Positions 1 to 10,800 of a stretch of DNA of 64,000 nucleotides are shown here, piece by piece. Source of the stretch: Haplodiscus bocki (Eukaryota). The notes under the pieces were generated by a model. It made no database searches and had not been told where the DNA came from. It worked only from the letters and a program-made list of their open reading frames with translations. The position numbers and the translations under genes are program-made. The stretch lies in the NCBI GenBank assembly GCA_965655095.1, contig OZ296657.1, forward strand, positions 20,770,001 to 20,834,000, given 5' to 3'. Within the stretch, counting starts at the first letter, position 1; the number at the start of each line of letters is the position of its first letter.

Positions 1-2073
1 GCCTCCATTCTTCATAAACGCCAGAGCAAATGGCTTGAGATAAATAAGGGCAGTGACTTCGCCCACATGGCTGCTTTTGCCAGGCATCGCGTTACTGAAA
101 AAACACTGGCATTCGGGAACGCTCTAAAAAAGAAAGTGACAGTAATTTACCTGAACTTGTTCGAAGCATTCAAAAGTGTAAAGATAATTGCATAATTATT
201 GAGGCGCTGGAAGAATGTAACTGTCCTCTGTGGATAATCGAGCTGATGAAGTCAAGGTATGCGGGATGCAAGACAACGCCAGTGAGTGTTGAAGAACTCG
301 CAGGACCAGCACCAGTCACCCGCGGTGTCGAGCAGGGTTGCTCATTGAGCGGACTTTTGTTCAATCTTAATGCGGACACGCTACTCAATGAAGCAACGTC
401 AATTAAATCAGTACATCTAGGATATCTGGACGATTCGGCCATCATCATGCAAGACAAAAAGGAAGTGCAAGAAATTATCAGCAGGACATTAGAATTAGCA
501 GAATCCTGGTTTTTCTTTCAATGCAAAAAAAGCGTGGAGTAGCAAAAGTGAGCTCTATGACTTTGGACATTGACGGAACATCCATCCCTGTGGTCCAAGA
601 CGATAGAGCATACAAGTACCTTGGTATAGAAGCGTTCCCCTCGACAATCCAAGGACTGGATTCGTGTTTCGACAAAACTTTCCTCATGGCTGAACTAATT
701 GAATTCTCAGAGTTGACCCCAATGCAAAAGCTGCATGCACTGCGAACAAAGATTTACCCAATGCTGTTCCACTTGCTTCAGAACTCTAACAGCACAATGA
801 CCCAACTGGAGAAGATGAATCGACAATTTCGGAGAATGGCCAAATGACTACTGTTCCTACCCGAAAGGGCTGCCACGGCATACTTGCATCTTCATCGCAT
901 GTATGGGCATCCCGGTCTGCCAGATCTAGTTCTCGCTAAAAGCAAGATGACTCTCCAAACTTTCATCCGAAGCCTCAATACAACAGAACCATTTGGCGAA
1001 TACCTGAAGCGCGTGTTACTCGACGACAAACATTGCAAGAAACTATAGACGCAATCAACAGTGGTAACGTGAGAGGGTATGGTGACACAATCAAGGAAAC
1101 AGCCAGAGGCTTACGAAGACTAGCAAAGTACCTGGACACAGATGTCGAACTGACCATGCTGGAGGACAATGTCACGCTTTCTATTGAAGACGCCAAGTAC
1201 CGAGACCCTTGGCCTGTTCTTACTCGATACCTCCAGAAGCAGAGTTTAAAAGAAAGACAACGGGCGCCGAATCAAGGACGATTGTGGAGGACTTTGGCCG
1301 AAACACCGCAAACAACTACAGCAGTCTTCAACTTTCACACAACACTCTGTGACTTTAGATTCATCCACCGTGCAAGGCTAAATCTATTCCCTGTAAAATC
1401 AAACTTGGTGCGGAATCAACCTCCTGAAAATCAGAACTGCCGTCGATGCCAAGCTGACTGTGAGACCCTAAATCATACTGCAGCGTGATGAGAAAGAAAA
1501 TCATTGAACGGCACAACTACGTCCGAGACCTTCGAGCCGCCCAGTTTCCTCATCGGCTAAGAATTGTGAAGGAGCAACGTTTTGGAAACATGCAACCAGA
1601 CATCAATGTGCAGGACGAACAGACCAAAGAAGCTGCCATCATCGACATCAAAGTATCTGCTGAATCTAAAGAAACTTTCCAATGGAATGCTCAGCAGATG
1701 GAAGTGAAATATGAGAACTTGAAACGAGCCTATGAAGTCAGTGGATTTTCAACCTCAATCACCACAATCCAGCTGGGTACGCTGGGCAGTTTTTCGAGAT
1801 CCTCAAATCCTGTGCTCCAGAAGTTCATCCGCAACAAGAAGGACATCACAACGTTTATTCGCAAAGCCGCAAGTCTTGTCATCCGCCAATCCCGAAACAT
1901 CTCCACAGAACATCTGACAGGAATTCCCCAAACCTATTAATCAAACTTTTTTTCCGACAAAACCTCAAACCCATTTTTCTCGACATTTACTTTGTAAATG
2001 TATGATTAAACCAGTGTTTTAAGGAAAAATTAGCTCATAAATTTTGTTTTATTCATGCTAATTCAAATGTTTC
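1..2073 (+). mobile_element. Utopia-like (R2/NeSL-type RLE) non-LTR retrotransposon, 3' half, frameshifted
   Basis: RT motifs GVEQGCSLS, GYLDD, YKYLG, LTPMQKLHALR; RLE motifs RARLNL, CRRC..ETLNH, RHN, QPDI..IIDIKV..KYE; 3' end abuts U2 nt 38 at 2074. Confidence 0.9.
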
Positions 2074-2223
2074 ATCTGTTCTCGTCAGCTGAATATCTGG
2101 CATGGTAGGCACCGCCTACCTCCAATATTTAACTGATTTTTGATCCACGGTCTAGGCAAAAAAGCTTGCTTTAGCCGGCCCCGGATTGTCCCGGTCTTAC
2201 ACTCCCACCGGATACGGTCCAAT
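2074..2223 (+). ncRNA. U2: U2 snRNA, 3' part (nt ~38-187), disrupted
   Basis: ATCTGTTCT start, stem IIa GTCAG..CTGGC, stem IIb GGTAGGC-ACC-GCCTACC, Sm site ATTTTTG, stem III with GCTTGC, stem IV CCGGT..ACCGG; colinear with canonical U2. Confidence 0.92.
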
Positions 2224-3123
2224 CGACCATCTTGAACTCAATACCTCCTCAACTGGACCTGAACAGTGATCGTTGCAGTTGAAATATTGAGTGTGTTGAG
2301 TGATGCTATGCATTTTTGTTGAATCGCTTGATGAAGTTCGTCTTTGGGTTTTCGTAATTGCAGTATAGCTGAAGTTTTTGTTTCTCATCTTTTTCTTCCA
2401 GTATCACCCATATGTTAGGTTATTCGACTCAACCATAAGTCTTTTCAGGCTTGAAGACTCCTGTTCGGGAATAAGAAGTGTGCATTAGTCAAAGGTTGCA
2501 TACGTTATCTTTTGGGACGTTTGGTTTTACGGTATTTTCTTTTGCAACTGCAAAACTTTGTTTTTCAAAGTTTTGCTTCACGGGTGCTTGGTTTTGTACC
2601 AATTTAAATCCCATAACTTGTGAATTAGGCCTCTTACGTAATGTTACGGAGAATTGGACATCCTTTTTTGACTTGCCCTTGACGTAGACAAAAAGAGTTT
2701 TTCCAGGTTCCTACAGTTTTCATACGCAGCTCTGTCAGACCAATTTGGCAATTTAGCACGTTTGGGTGTACGTAAACTCCAAAAGTTTCTTACGGAACCA
2801 TTTTGGCATGTGAATTGTTCATTTTGAGATCATTAACGGTTGTCTACTAGCAAAATCATTTTACATGCACTTTCGATGACAACCTGTTTGATAACATAAT
2901 TTTGAAGGTCAAAAGTTGGCGTTTCAGTTTCAGTGTCATGATGTTTGGCAACAACTACCACAAATTGTGCTTACAAAAAAGGCGAAGACGTTGGATCGTT
3001 GTCTTGTCATGTTGTAAGAAGTCAAGGTCATAGCTGGGGTAGCTGAGATTGTGCGAATTTGAAAAACTGCACGATGGAAGTTACATTTGTGATTTATATG
3101 TGGAGATAGAATATTTTTGATTT
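2224..3123 (+). repeat. U2 array intergenic spacer, complete (~0.9 kb; unit ~1087 bp)
   Basis: Links one U2 3' end to the next U2 +1; homologous copies at 17823-18631, 20556-20860, 23905-24449, 52780-53332, 58593-59144, 63437-63625. Confidence 0.88.
3064..3112 (+). promoter_or_regulatory. putative U2 proximal promoter (PSE-type region, about -60 to -12)
   Basis: AACTGCA..A.GGAAGTTACATTTGTGATTTATATGTGGAGATAGAAT lies at a fixed distance upstream of the native U2 +1 sites (3124, 18632, 53333, 59145; diverged before 24450); the position matches snRNA PSE/PSEB. Confidence 0.6.
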
Positions 3124-3142
3124 ATCGCTTCTCGGCCTTTTG
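3124..3142 (+). ncRNA. U2: U2 snRNA 5' end (nt 1-19); nt 6-19 form the left TSD of the Tx1 insertion
   Basis: ATCGCTTCTCGGCCTTTTG is the canonical U2 5' end. Confidence 0.9.
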
Positions 3143-3363
3143 TAGTGAACAGTTACTTCCAGGCCTAACAATTTGCTCATTGGCATTTCAACTCTGCATA
3201 TTTGCTTTTCAATTCTGCTTATTGGCTTTTATTATTGCAATGGTTGAAGATACTTCCTAGTCGATCTTATACTGATCCTAATTAACACATCTCAGCTTAC
3301 TTTGCCAAGTGATCTTATATTATCTCATCTCAGCTTACTTCGCAAAGTGACTTCTGTCCAGCG

Positions 3364-4647
3364 GTGCCCCCCTCCCCGCCTCAGCTGGTGTCAGTCCCCA
3401 AACTGGATCAGGATGCCCTAAACAACCCGAGTAGGCACAATCAAGAACAATCTACAAGTAATGATATTCATGTTGAACCTATTTTGAGCACTCCAGAAAA
3501 AAACAGATACGAAAATGCGTTAAAAACAATGCCTTTGCCCGAAAGCAGAGAAGAAGTACAGGTTCTCAAGATTCCTGTATCTCTTCGCGCTGCAGACTTT
3601 CAGTCGAGAGAAGGTTTAGATCTGGCTTTCAGAAAAGGGTGTTCTGCGATTTTGAAGCAGGCACCGATTTTTTGCCAAAATGAACTGACTTTGTAGAAAA
3701 CTTTTACTGCATTAGGAGGAAGGAACATCCATACAATAACTGTTGTTGCATCATCCAGTGCAAGACCCTATTTTGATGAAGTTAGAACAGGCATTAAGCT
3801 TCTCGGTAAAACAGTTTTCCCTTTGGGGCATAGTGCATTTATAAGTAGCAATCGGCATAATATGTATCCACGAAAAGTGAACATCAAGATTCAGAACCTC
3901 CCTTTAAGCTGCTCGGACGATGAATCAATGAAGTTAATTAGTTTTCCCCCTGAAATTGAAAATATAGATGCCACTGATCGAAGAAAAGAAAATGTTGAAG
4001 GTGTAGATTTCTACACCAGAGAAGCGAAAGTCAAAGTCGGTGTGCGCAATCAGAAACAGTTGAAAAACCTTTCTCGGTGGTCATATCACAAGAGAACCAA
4101 AAATGAACCAACCCTTCGGAACGGAATACCTGTGTCTTTTCACGCTCCCTCGTTGCATAAGTGCGAAGAGTGCAAGAAACAAACTAGGCAATTTCAGGGC
4201 CACCACAAAGACTGGTGCTTCCTGGCGAGGCGAGAAAGTTTGCAAATGGTAGCCAAAAAGACATCAACGATAAAAACTACTTCGACGCCACACCAAACTC
4301 AAATTCAAGCGGTAGAATCGCTAGAAGAATCGCAAGATATATCGCAAGATGAATCGCAAGATAGATCGCAAGATCATAACGAATCGCAAAATGAATCCCA
4401 AGAGGAATCACAACAGGAGTCGCAAGACGAGTCTCAAATTGAAGATGAATTGAAAACTTTGGCGGAAGGAAGTTTAATGACTGCTCATGCAGACAAAAAC
4501 ATAAGAAAAAATGAGATGACAAATGTTAAGAAACAAAAGTATGTAAGGCTTGAGGAACGGTGTAGACAGGCTGCAAAGAAAGAAAACGATGAAGAAGACA
4601 CACACCGTTTACCGTTGACTAACTTCCCACCATTGTCCAAAAAGTAG
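3364..4647 (+). pseudogene. Tx1-type ORF1 (RRM-like region, CCHC zinc knuckle, ESQD repeats), one stop
   Basis: KVNIKIQNLP RRM-like start, CEECKKQTRQFQGHHKDWC knuckle; the same region is uninterrupted in the copy at 21055-21750. Confidence 0.78.
4315..4440 (+). repeat. 12-bp coding minisatellite GAATCGCAAGAT (ESQD/ESQN)
   Basis: About 10 degenerate units; related array at ~11540-11670. Confidence 0.8.
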
Positions 4648-4780
4648 TGAAAGGAATAGAATACTTAACAAGCAAAGAAAAAGAACGAGTCACCTCGCCG
4701 GGAAGCGCTGTAGGAAATGCCAAAACGAAGGCGGCCAAAGCGGGAGGATCCCCCAACAAAGTGAAACCACAGAATTTGAC

Positions 4781-6990
4781 TTGTTAAGTTTGAATGTACG
4801 AGGAAAAACTTCAATTGACTGTTTCGTGGCAACCCTAGACATTATATATAGGAGACAATTCTCTCAAAACATTGTAATTCAAATGCAAGAGACTAAGCTG
4901 AATAAGCTTTCTCAAGACAATATTGACGAAATTAATTTACGGGGACTTTCGTACATTGATATACCTGCAACGGACTCAGCGGGGGATTGCTCACGTTTTG
5001 GTCCAAAAACATGATAGTTCGTCAAATTTTCACAGAAAACAAAATTATCGACATCCTGCTTCTCGACCGCGGGACTCTAATAATAGTTAAATATATGAAC
5101 CAGAAAGTTTTTGGTGAGGAGGAGTCAGTTCTCGGAAACTTTTTGAAAAATAAAAAGGCAGAAGAGACTGACATCATTCTTTCAGGAGACTCAGGCGTAT
5201 GAAAAAACCGATATCTGAAATTGAAGTAACTTTGCCCATAAGAAGTCTCAATAAAAAATCTGCACCTGGTCCTAATGGATTGACCACTCTCTTGTACCAA
5301 GGGCTTGAACAAACGCGGGCTCCAATTTTGAAACAAACTTCAATGAGGTTGAGCGGAAAAGCCAGTTGCCTGAATCCTTTGGTTTCGCAATCATCCAAGT
5401 TTTGCCCAAACAAGAAAGCGCTATTCGAGTAAAAGACTACAGCCAGTGAGTTTATTTATTACTGATCAAAAAATCCTTTCACACGTTTTTGACAATAGAT
5501 TGAAAGAAGGCCTAGATTTTAGTAAAGCTTTTGACAATGTACACAGAAATTATCTTTACAATTTACTTCAGGTGATTGGAACTCCAACAAACATTGTCAA
5601 ATGTTTCAAACCGATCGATGAAAAGACAACTGCAGTTGTTCAAGTCAATCATCATATGACACAATCAGTTGAAATTAAGCGGGGAGTCAGGCAGGGATGC
5701 CCTCTCTCAGCACTATTATTCATTCTAGCCATTGAACCAATGCTGCTTGACATTAAAAACGACCCTTATATACACACCAAGTTCGTCACCAACGTTTCAG
5801 CCTATGCTGATGATATAACTTGTTGCGTTAAAAATAGATCTTTAGAAGCACTATTTGACCGAGTAAAGTGTTCTTGCGATGCCACTCAACTATCTGTTAA
5901 AGTTGATAAAACAAAAATTCTGAGCAGAAGAAGCATGCAATATTATGAAACTCGAAAGAAAATCAAAATACTCGGTATTGAACATAAACTGAATGATCAG
6001 GCAAATAACGACCTGTTTCAGGATAAAATCTCAGAAGTTCAAAACTCGGTTGCAGCGATACCCAAAACGATAATTTCAATGCGGGCAGAAGCAATAAATT
6101 TCGAAACTTTCATTTACTCCAAGTTGATTTACGTGTTACGCCACACAAAAGTGGTAACACAGCGACTCGAAAGATTCCAAAGGTATATAACAAAAGGTAT
6201 ATGGATGGAGAAGAGAACAGACGTGGCTTCAGACATTCTTTGTCTCCCCACACCCAGCGGCGGAATTGGTCTCCCAAATATTGACCTGAAAACTTTTGCA
6301 GCCGTCATTAGTGACTGCGAAAATACATTCTTCCACTCAAATCTAGGAAAAGAAATTCTGCTGAATCAACTCTTCGGATCTGAGGAAGGGTTTCTCCATG
6401 ACCTTAAGAAATCTCTTTTGAAAAGTTTAAAATGCAAATTGATATTTATGGAGAACAAATTCTGTTAGTGGGTGACGGGAGACAATTGCAAATTGTGGAG
6501 CGTACGAAAATGAGAGATATATTTTTTTCCTCTAATTACGGAAAAAAAACGAAACGTAGAAAATCGCCTGGTTCCATCTTGCAGGATTTTCGACGTTTCT
6601 ACGCAACAACTTCTATCTTTTAAGTTCCTATGGAAGGTAACATCACTTTATCCACATGAAGAAAATCTAATGTATCGATTTCTCTACGCTTCTTGCTCAG
6701 ACAAGCCAAAAAAGAAGCAATTAAATTCAATTATGGATGACAGTTGCACTTTTTGAAAAATCCGGCAAGAAACGATAGAACATGTACTTTTCGATTGCCC
6801 AATTTTGGAAATACTCCAAAAAGAGTACAAACTAAAAAGTTGGAAAGAGAGACAGTTTTGTTGAGAAAAATTCCAAGTCAATAAAGTTTGCAACTGACGT
6901 TTTGATTGGAGCGTGGGAAAATGAAGGTGAAAAAACGATGGACTATCTTAATAGAACAATTTCCATATGGAGCCCGGCCGAACATTGGAT
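4781..6990 (+). pseudogene. Tx1/L1 ORF2 (AP endonuclease, RT, CCHC), deleted and frameshifted
   Basis: LSLNVRG, MQETK, SGD; SAPGPNGL, LDFSKAFD, RGVRQGCPLS, AYADD, GGIGLP. Confidence 0.9.
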
Positions 6991-7212
6991 GAAATCCCCC
7001 CCCCCCCCCCCCCAAAATAGATTGGGTTCGGTACAAGAGAAAGATGGAAGATGGAGAGGAGGTAAATAAGTAGGAAAATGGCATTTCTGGACAGTTCAAC
7101 CCACGTCCTTTTTAATAACATATTTAATATGAATTTATTACCGATTAGAATTTTATGCAACCAAGTAGACCAAACATCAAATGTGTAACAAAGCAATGCC
7201 GGACGGTGCGGT

Positions 7213-7273
7213 GGTCCCCGTATCCGCCGTCTTGCGTCGAATGTTGCCTTCTCCGCGGTTGGAGACGGGGACC
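7213..7273 (+). other. GC-rich hairpin in the Tx1 3' UTR
   Basis: GGTCCCCGTATCCGCC pairs with GG(T)TGGA(T/G)ACGGGGACC; a 16-bp stem with one G-U in the copies at 23122-23182 and 41575-41635. Confidence 0.75.
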
Positions 7274-7408
7274 CTAAAAATTTCGGGATCCGGGCCATGT
7301 AATGGGTGAGAATAAGATATAATGTAACTAATTTGAAGTAGTGTAACTAATGGTGCTTCTTTTCTCTTTTTAAAAAACAATGGAACCCGGGACCAAGTCG
7401 ATGATACG

Positions 7409-7698
7409 CAGGGGCTGATGCACAAACTGAGGTCTTGGGGACAAGCCAGCAACTGCAAATTCAAGGTTCTGTGGCTAAGATGGTCAGTGACTGGCAATTC
7501 CAGTCGAGCATTTGAGAATGAGGACTCAGTTGAAATTCCATATCTGGCCTCAAACCCTTGTCAAAGTTCAAACGCAGTTGCTGGGATTCAAACCTCTACC
7601 TTGACATCAGCGCCTCATGCTACAACCACTATACCATCATTGCACAAAACGTGAGGAAATCTGAATGTATATCCGAATAGCGTATGCATCAGCCCCTG
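7409..7698 (-). mobile_element. inverted-repeat-flanked cassette containing an antisense tRNA-derived SINE-like unit, inside the Tx1 3' UTR
   Basis: CAGGGGCTGATGCA (7409-7422) and TGCATCAGCCCCTG (7685-7698); minus-strand A box TGGTATAGTGG and B box GGTTTGAATCC within 7573-7643. Confidence 0.72.
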
Positions 7699-7796
7699 AC
7701 AAAAACTTTGCTTAGTATAAATATGGGTGCTTACATTTATGTTTATCGAACACAGTTAACAAATTATGAGAAATAAGGTAATTTAAATATTTGAAT

Positions 7797-7825
7797 TTCT
7801 CGGACTTTTGGCTAAGATCATGTGT
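7797..7825 (+). ncRNA. U2: U2 nt 6-34 fragment between a Tx1 3' end and a Utopia 5' end
   Basis: TTCTCGGACTTTTGGCTAAGATCATGTGT. Confidence 0.88.
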
Positions 7826-10800
7826 GCAATTTCAGAGTCGTGGCGACGTGTGGCCATGATGCTGATGATTTCGAGTTCGATCCCTACCGGAGGCGACTTT
7901 TTTTAATAATTGAATCAAAGACAGCGAATTCTATATTACCGACATTTTCTTCCCCAAAAATGTCGTCATTTATATTTGATGGATGTGCAGCAATAGTGCC
8001 GTTTCCAGTATCCTTCCCGCTGCTTTGCGCAGCTTGTGACCGCTCAATAAAAGAATCGACTTTCAAACGCGATATCTTTCGACACTCAAAGATCTGCAGG
8101 CAAAGACAACCGGGATTACCAGAAGCGGACGAACTGGTTTTCGAATGTTCCTTCTAAAATTTCACAACCACCGATCGAAGGAAAACAACTTCCCACTAAG
8201 TCTCGCATTTTGGAGACAAAGACTACAACCTGGTAAAATATCCGTGTGGGAGATGCAATCGTTTCTTTGCCACTCAGAAGGCTCTGAGCAGCCACACCCG
8301 GCAATGCAAAGAAGTAGTAGATAAGGCTGGACAGAGTCCAGCAGTTCATCCTTTGCCATGCATTGATCCAGGTCCGAGTGCTCACGATCCAGTAGGTGAG
8401 GAAGTACAATACCATGACCATGCGGTTGAACAAGCACAGACGGTAGAGGCGCAGCCTATTGCAGACAACGACGAAGACCAGAGTGAGATAACATTTGTGT
8501 CAGTGTCGTCTGTTTCCCTGGCTCCTGACGAAGATTTTTATAGACCGCCTGCCTGAGTTGACCCCAATTTTTACTGTGACCTTTCGCTGCAGAAGTTGAT
8601 ACCACCAAAAACTGCAAAGAAAATCAGGCAATCAAAACAGAACTTTCTCTCCTCGAAAATGTCGCCTCGTGACCTGCAAGCCCTCTACATAAAACAACCA
8701 AAGAAAGCCATAGACAATATACAATTTATTCCAAGCATTGACTGTAAAGTCAGGAGTGTAGACCTGCGCCATGGGCTGTTGCTGCAACTTGAAATCCAGA
8801 ATCCGCCATCCCTAAAAGAACAGTTATGGAGACCCTGTCTAGAAGGGATTGAAGAAGAACTAACAATGCCGTTTCAGGTAGAAGAAATCCAAAAAGCACT
8901 TTCCCACCCAAACTCAGCGCCCGGTCCCGATGGGTGGAAATATGAGGACCTTGCTCGTCAAACAGACTTTTCCAAACACTTCGTGGAGGGATTACACCAA
9001 ATCGCTGCCACCTCAAAAACGCCCAATTCTTGGAGGGCATACAACTCAATGATGCTGTTTAAAAAACCTGATGAATTTGTGCCAGGACAAGAGTCCGTTT
9101 TGAAAAACTTTCGCCCTATCGGACACCACGTACAAACTATTAACATCAACACTATGCAAGCGATTAAGCAAATGGTTAGAGAAGAACAAGGGAATCTCTT
9201 ACTCCCAACGAGCAGTGTTTTCACGTCGCGGGGTCCAAGAAAATACCTTATTTGTTGCTGAAGCACTGAAGCAGAAGAAGAGTACTTTTCCTAGACTTAT
9301 CTGATGCGTTCAACAGCGTAGAACATTGCCACATATACGAAGCCCTAAAACAAAGTTCTTGTCCGGAGTGGATCATCAAGCTGCTAAAATCGCTGTACAG
9401 CGGATGCACCACAGTCCCTGTGGATCAAGCTGGCTACCCACTGTCTGGACCAATCCCTGTAACGAGAGGAGTACGCCAAGGATGCCCCCTGAGTGGTCTC
9501 CTGTTTAACCTGGTTTTAGACCCGATAATCCGAAAAGTCTAAAATTCCTCAACTACATGTTCGGGTTATATGGATGATCTGGCGGTGGTTACGGACCCTT
9601 CCACGCTCCCTGGAATCCTAGAAGAGATAGTAGAACTTGCCTCTCTCCTGGGTATTCGTTTCAATCCACAGAAAAGTGGAGTCGCCAACTACGCCCCAAC
9701 ATTAAGGATAGCAGATAAAGATATCAGAGTAGTCAACGAAATGCAACCTTTGGGCACCGAAGCAATTCCCTCGAATCTCGGTGGATTGGAAACCCACTTC
9801 GCAAAGATCTACAAGTCAGCAGAACTGATCGAAATGTCCGCCCTCACACCGATGCAAAAACTACATGCTTTACGCACTTATGTCCTGCCCATGTTGATGC
9901 ATCTGTTGGAAAACTCACATTCAACTCAAAAGCAGCTCCAGAAGATAACAGAGACCTAAGGAAGACGGTGAAGCGAATATTTTATTTACCGGAAAGAGCC
10001 ACAAACACATACTTTCACCTTCACTGGAAGTACGGAGGCCCGGGGCAGCCGAATTTAGAGCTACTGAAAGTTAAACTCACTATCCAAACTTTCACACGAT
10101 CAATGAATCTGCCAGATGAGTTCGGCGACACTACGCAAACCCTCATTACCAAAGGAAAACCAATGTCAAGAAACAATTGGGAAGATCAACAATAGATCAA
10201 GAGCTGGACTGTCCCAACTAACCAATGACGTGGTGTTTGCCACAAAGAAGTTGGAGTCCTTCCTGAGGGTGCAATTGTCCTTTAACCATCATGACAACTG
10301 TGTAAGCTTGGTATTAAACAACATGTGTTACAAAGATCCTGGACCAACTATTGAAAGTTTAATTCAAAAGAAAACACTACAAAGTCTTATTAATACTCCC
10401 AGCCAAGGACCCGCATGGTCCTCGCTTAACCAAACTCCGAGTACCACCAAGCAAATCTACAGTTTTCATACCACAATGTGTGTCTGGCGCTTCGTTCATG
10501 CAGCAAGACTGAGCCTCACTTGAATTCGAGCCAACGTCGTTTGGAACCACCACAACGACCCAAGGTTTAGACGTTGCCAGGTTGCTCGTGAAACAGTAAA
10601 TCATGTTGTCAACTCGTGCTCCACTAACAGACGAGACATTATACTGCGCTACAATGCTGTAAGAGATCTGTTCGCCACTGAAGTACCCGGGACGCTGAAA
10701 GTTGCTTATGAACAAAGATTTGGCTATCTTTGACCAGACCTTGTCCTAGAAGACCCATCAACGAATTCAACCGTTATTCTACATGTCAAGGTTTCTGCTG

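Larger units (their letters stand above)
3143..7796 (+). mobile_element. L1/Tx1-clade non-LTR retrotransposon with both ends and TSD, internally deleted
   Basis: ORF1 plus APE-RT ORF2 plus structured 3' UTR; flanked by TTCTCGGCCTTTTG (3129-3142) and TTCTCGGACTTTTG (7797-7810). Confidence 0.9.

Noticed and set aside
2224-2260. Vertebrate-type snRNA 3' box
   Set aside because: The downstream sequence is conserved between copies but does not match GTTTN0-3AAARNNAGA, and cannot be separated from general spacer homology
7409-7698. Independent hAT MITE insertions (CAGGG termini)
   Set aside because: No 8-bp TSD, and the same position in all Tx1 copies, so it is inherited cargo rather than separate insertions
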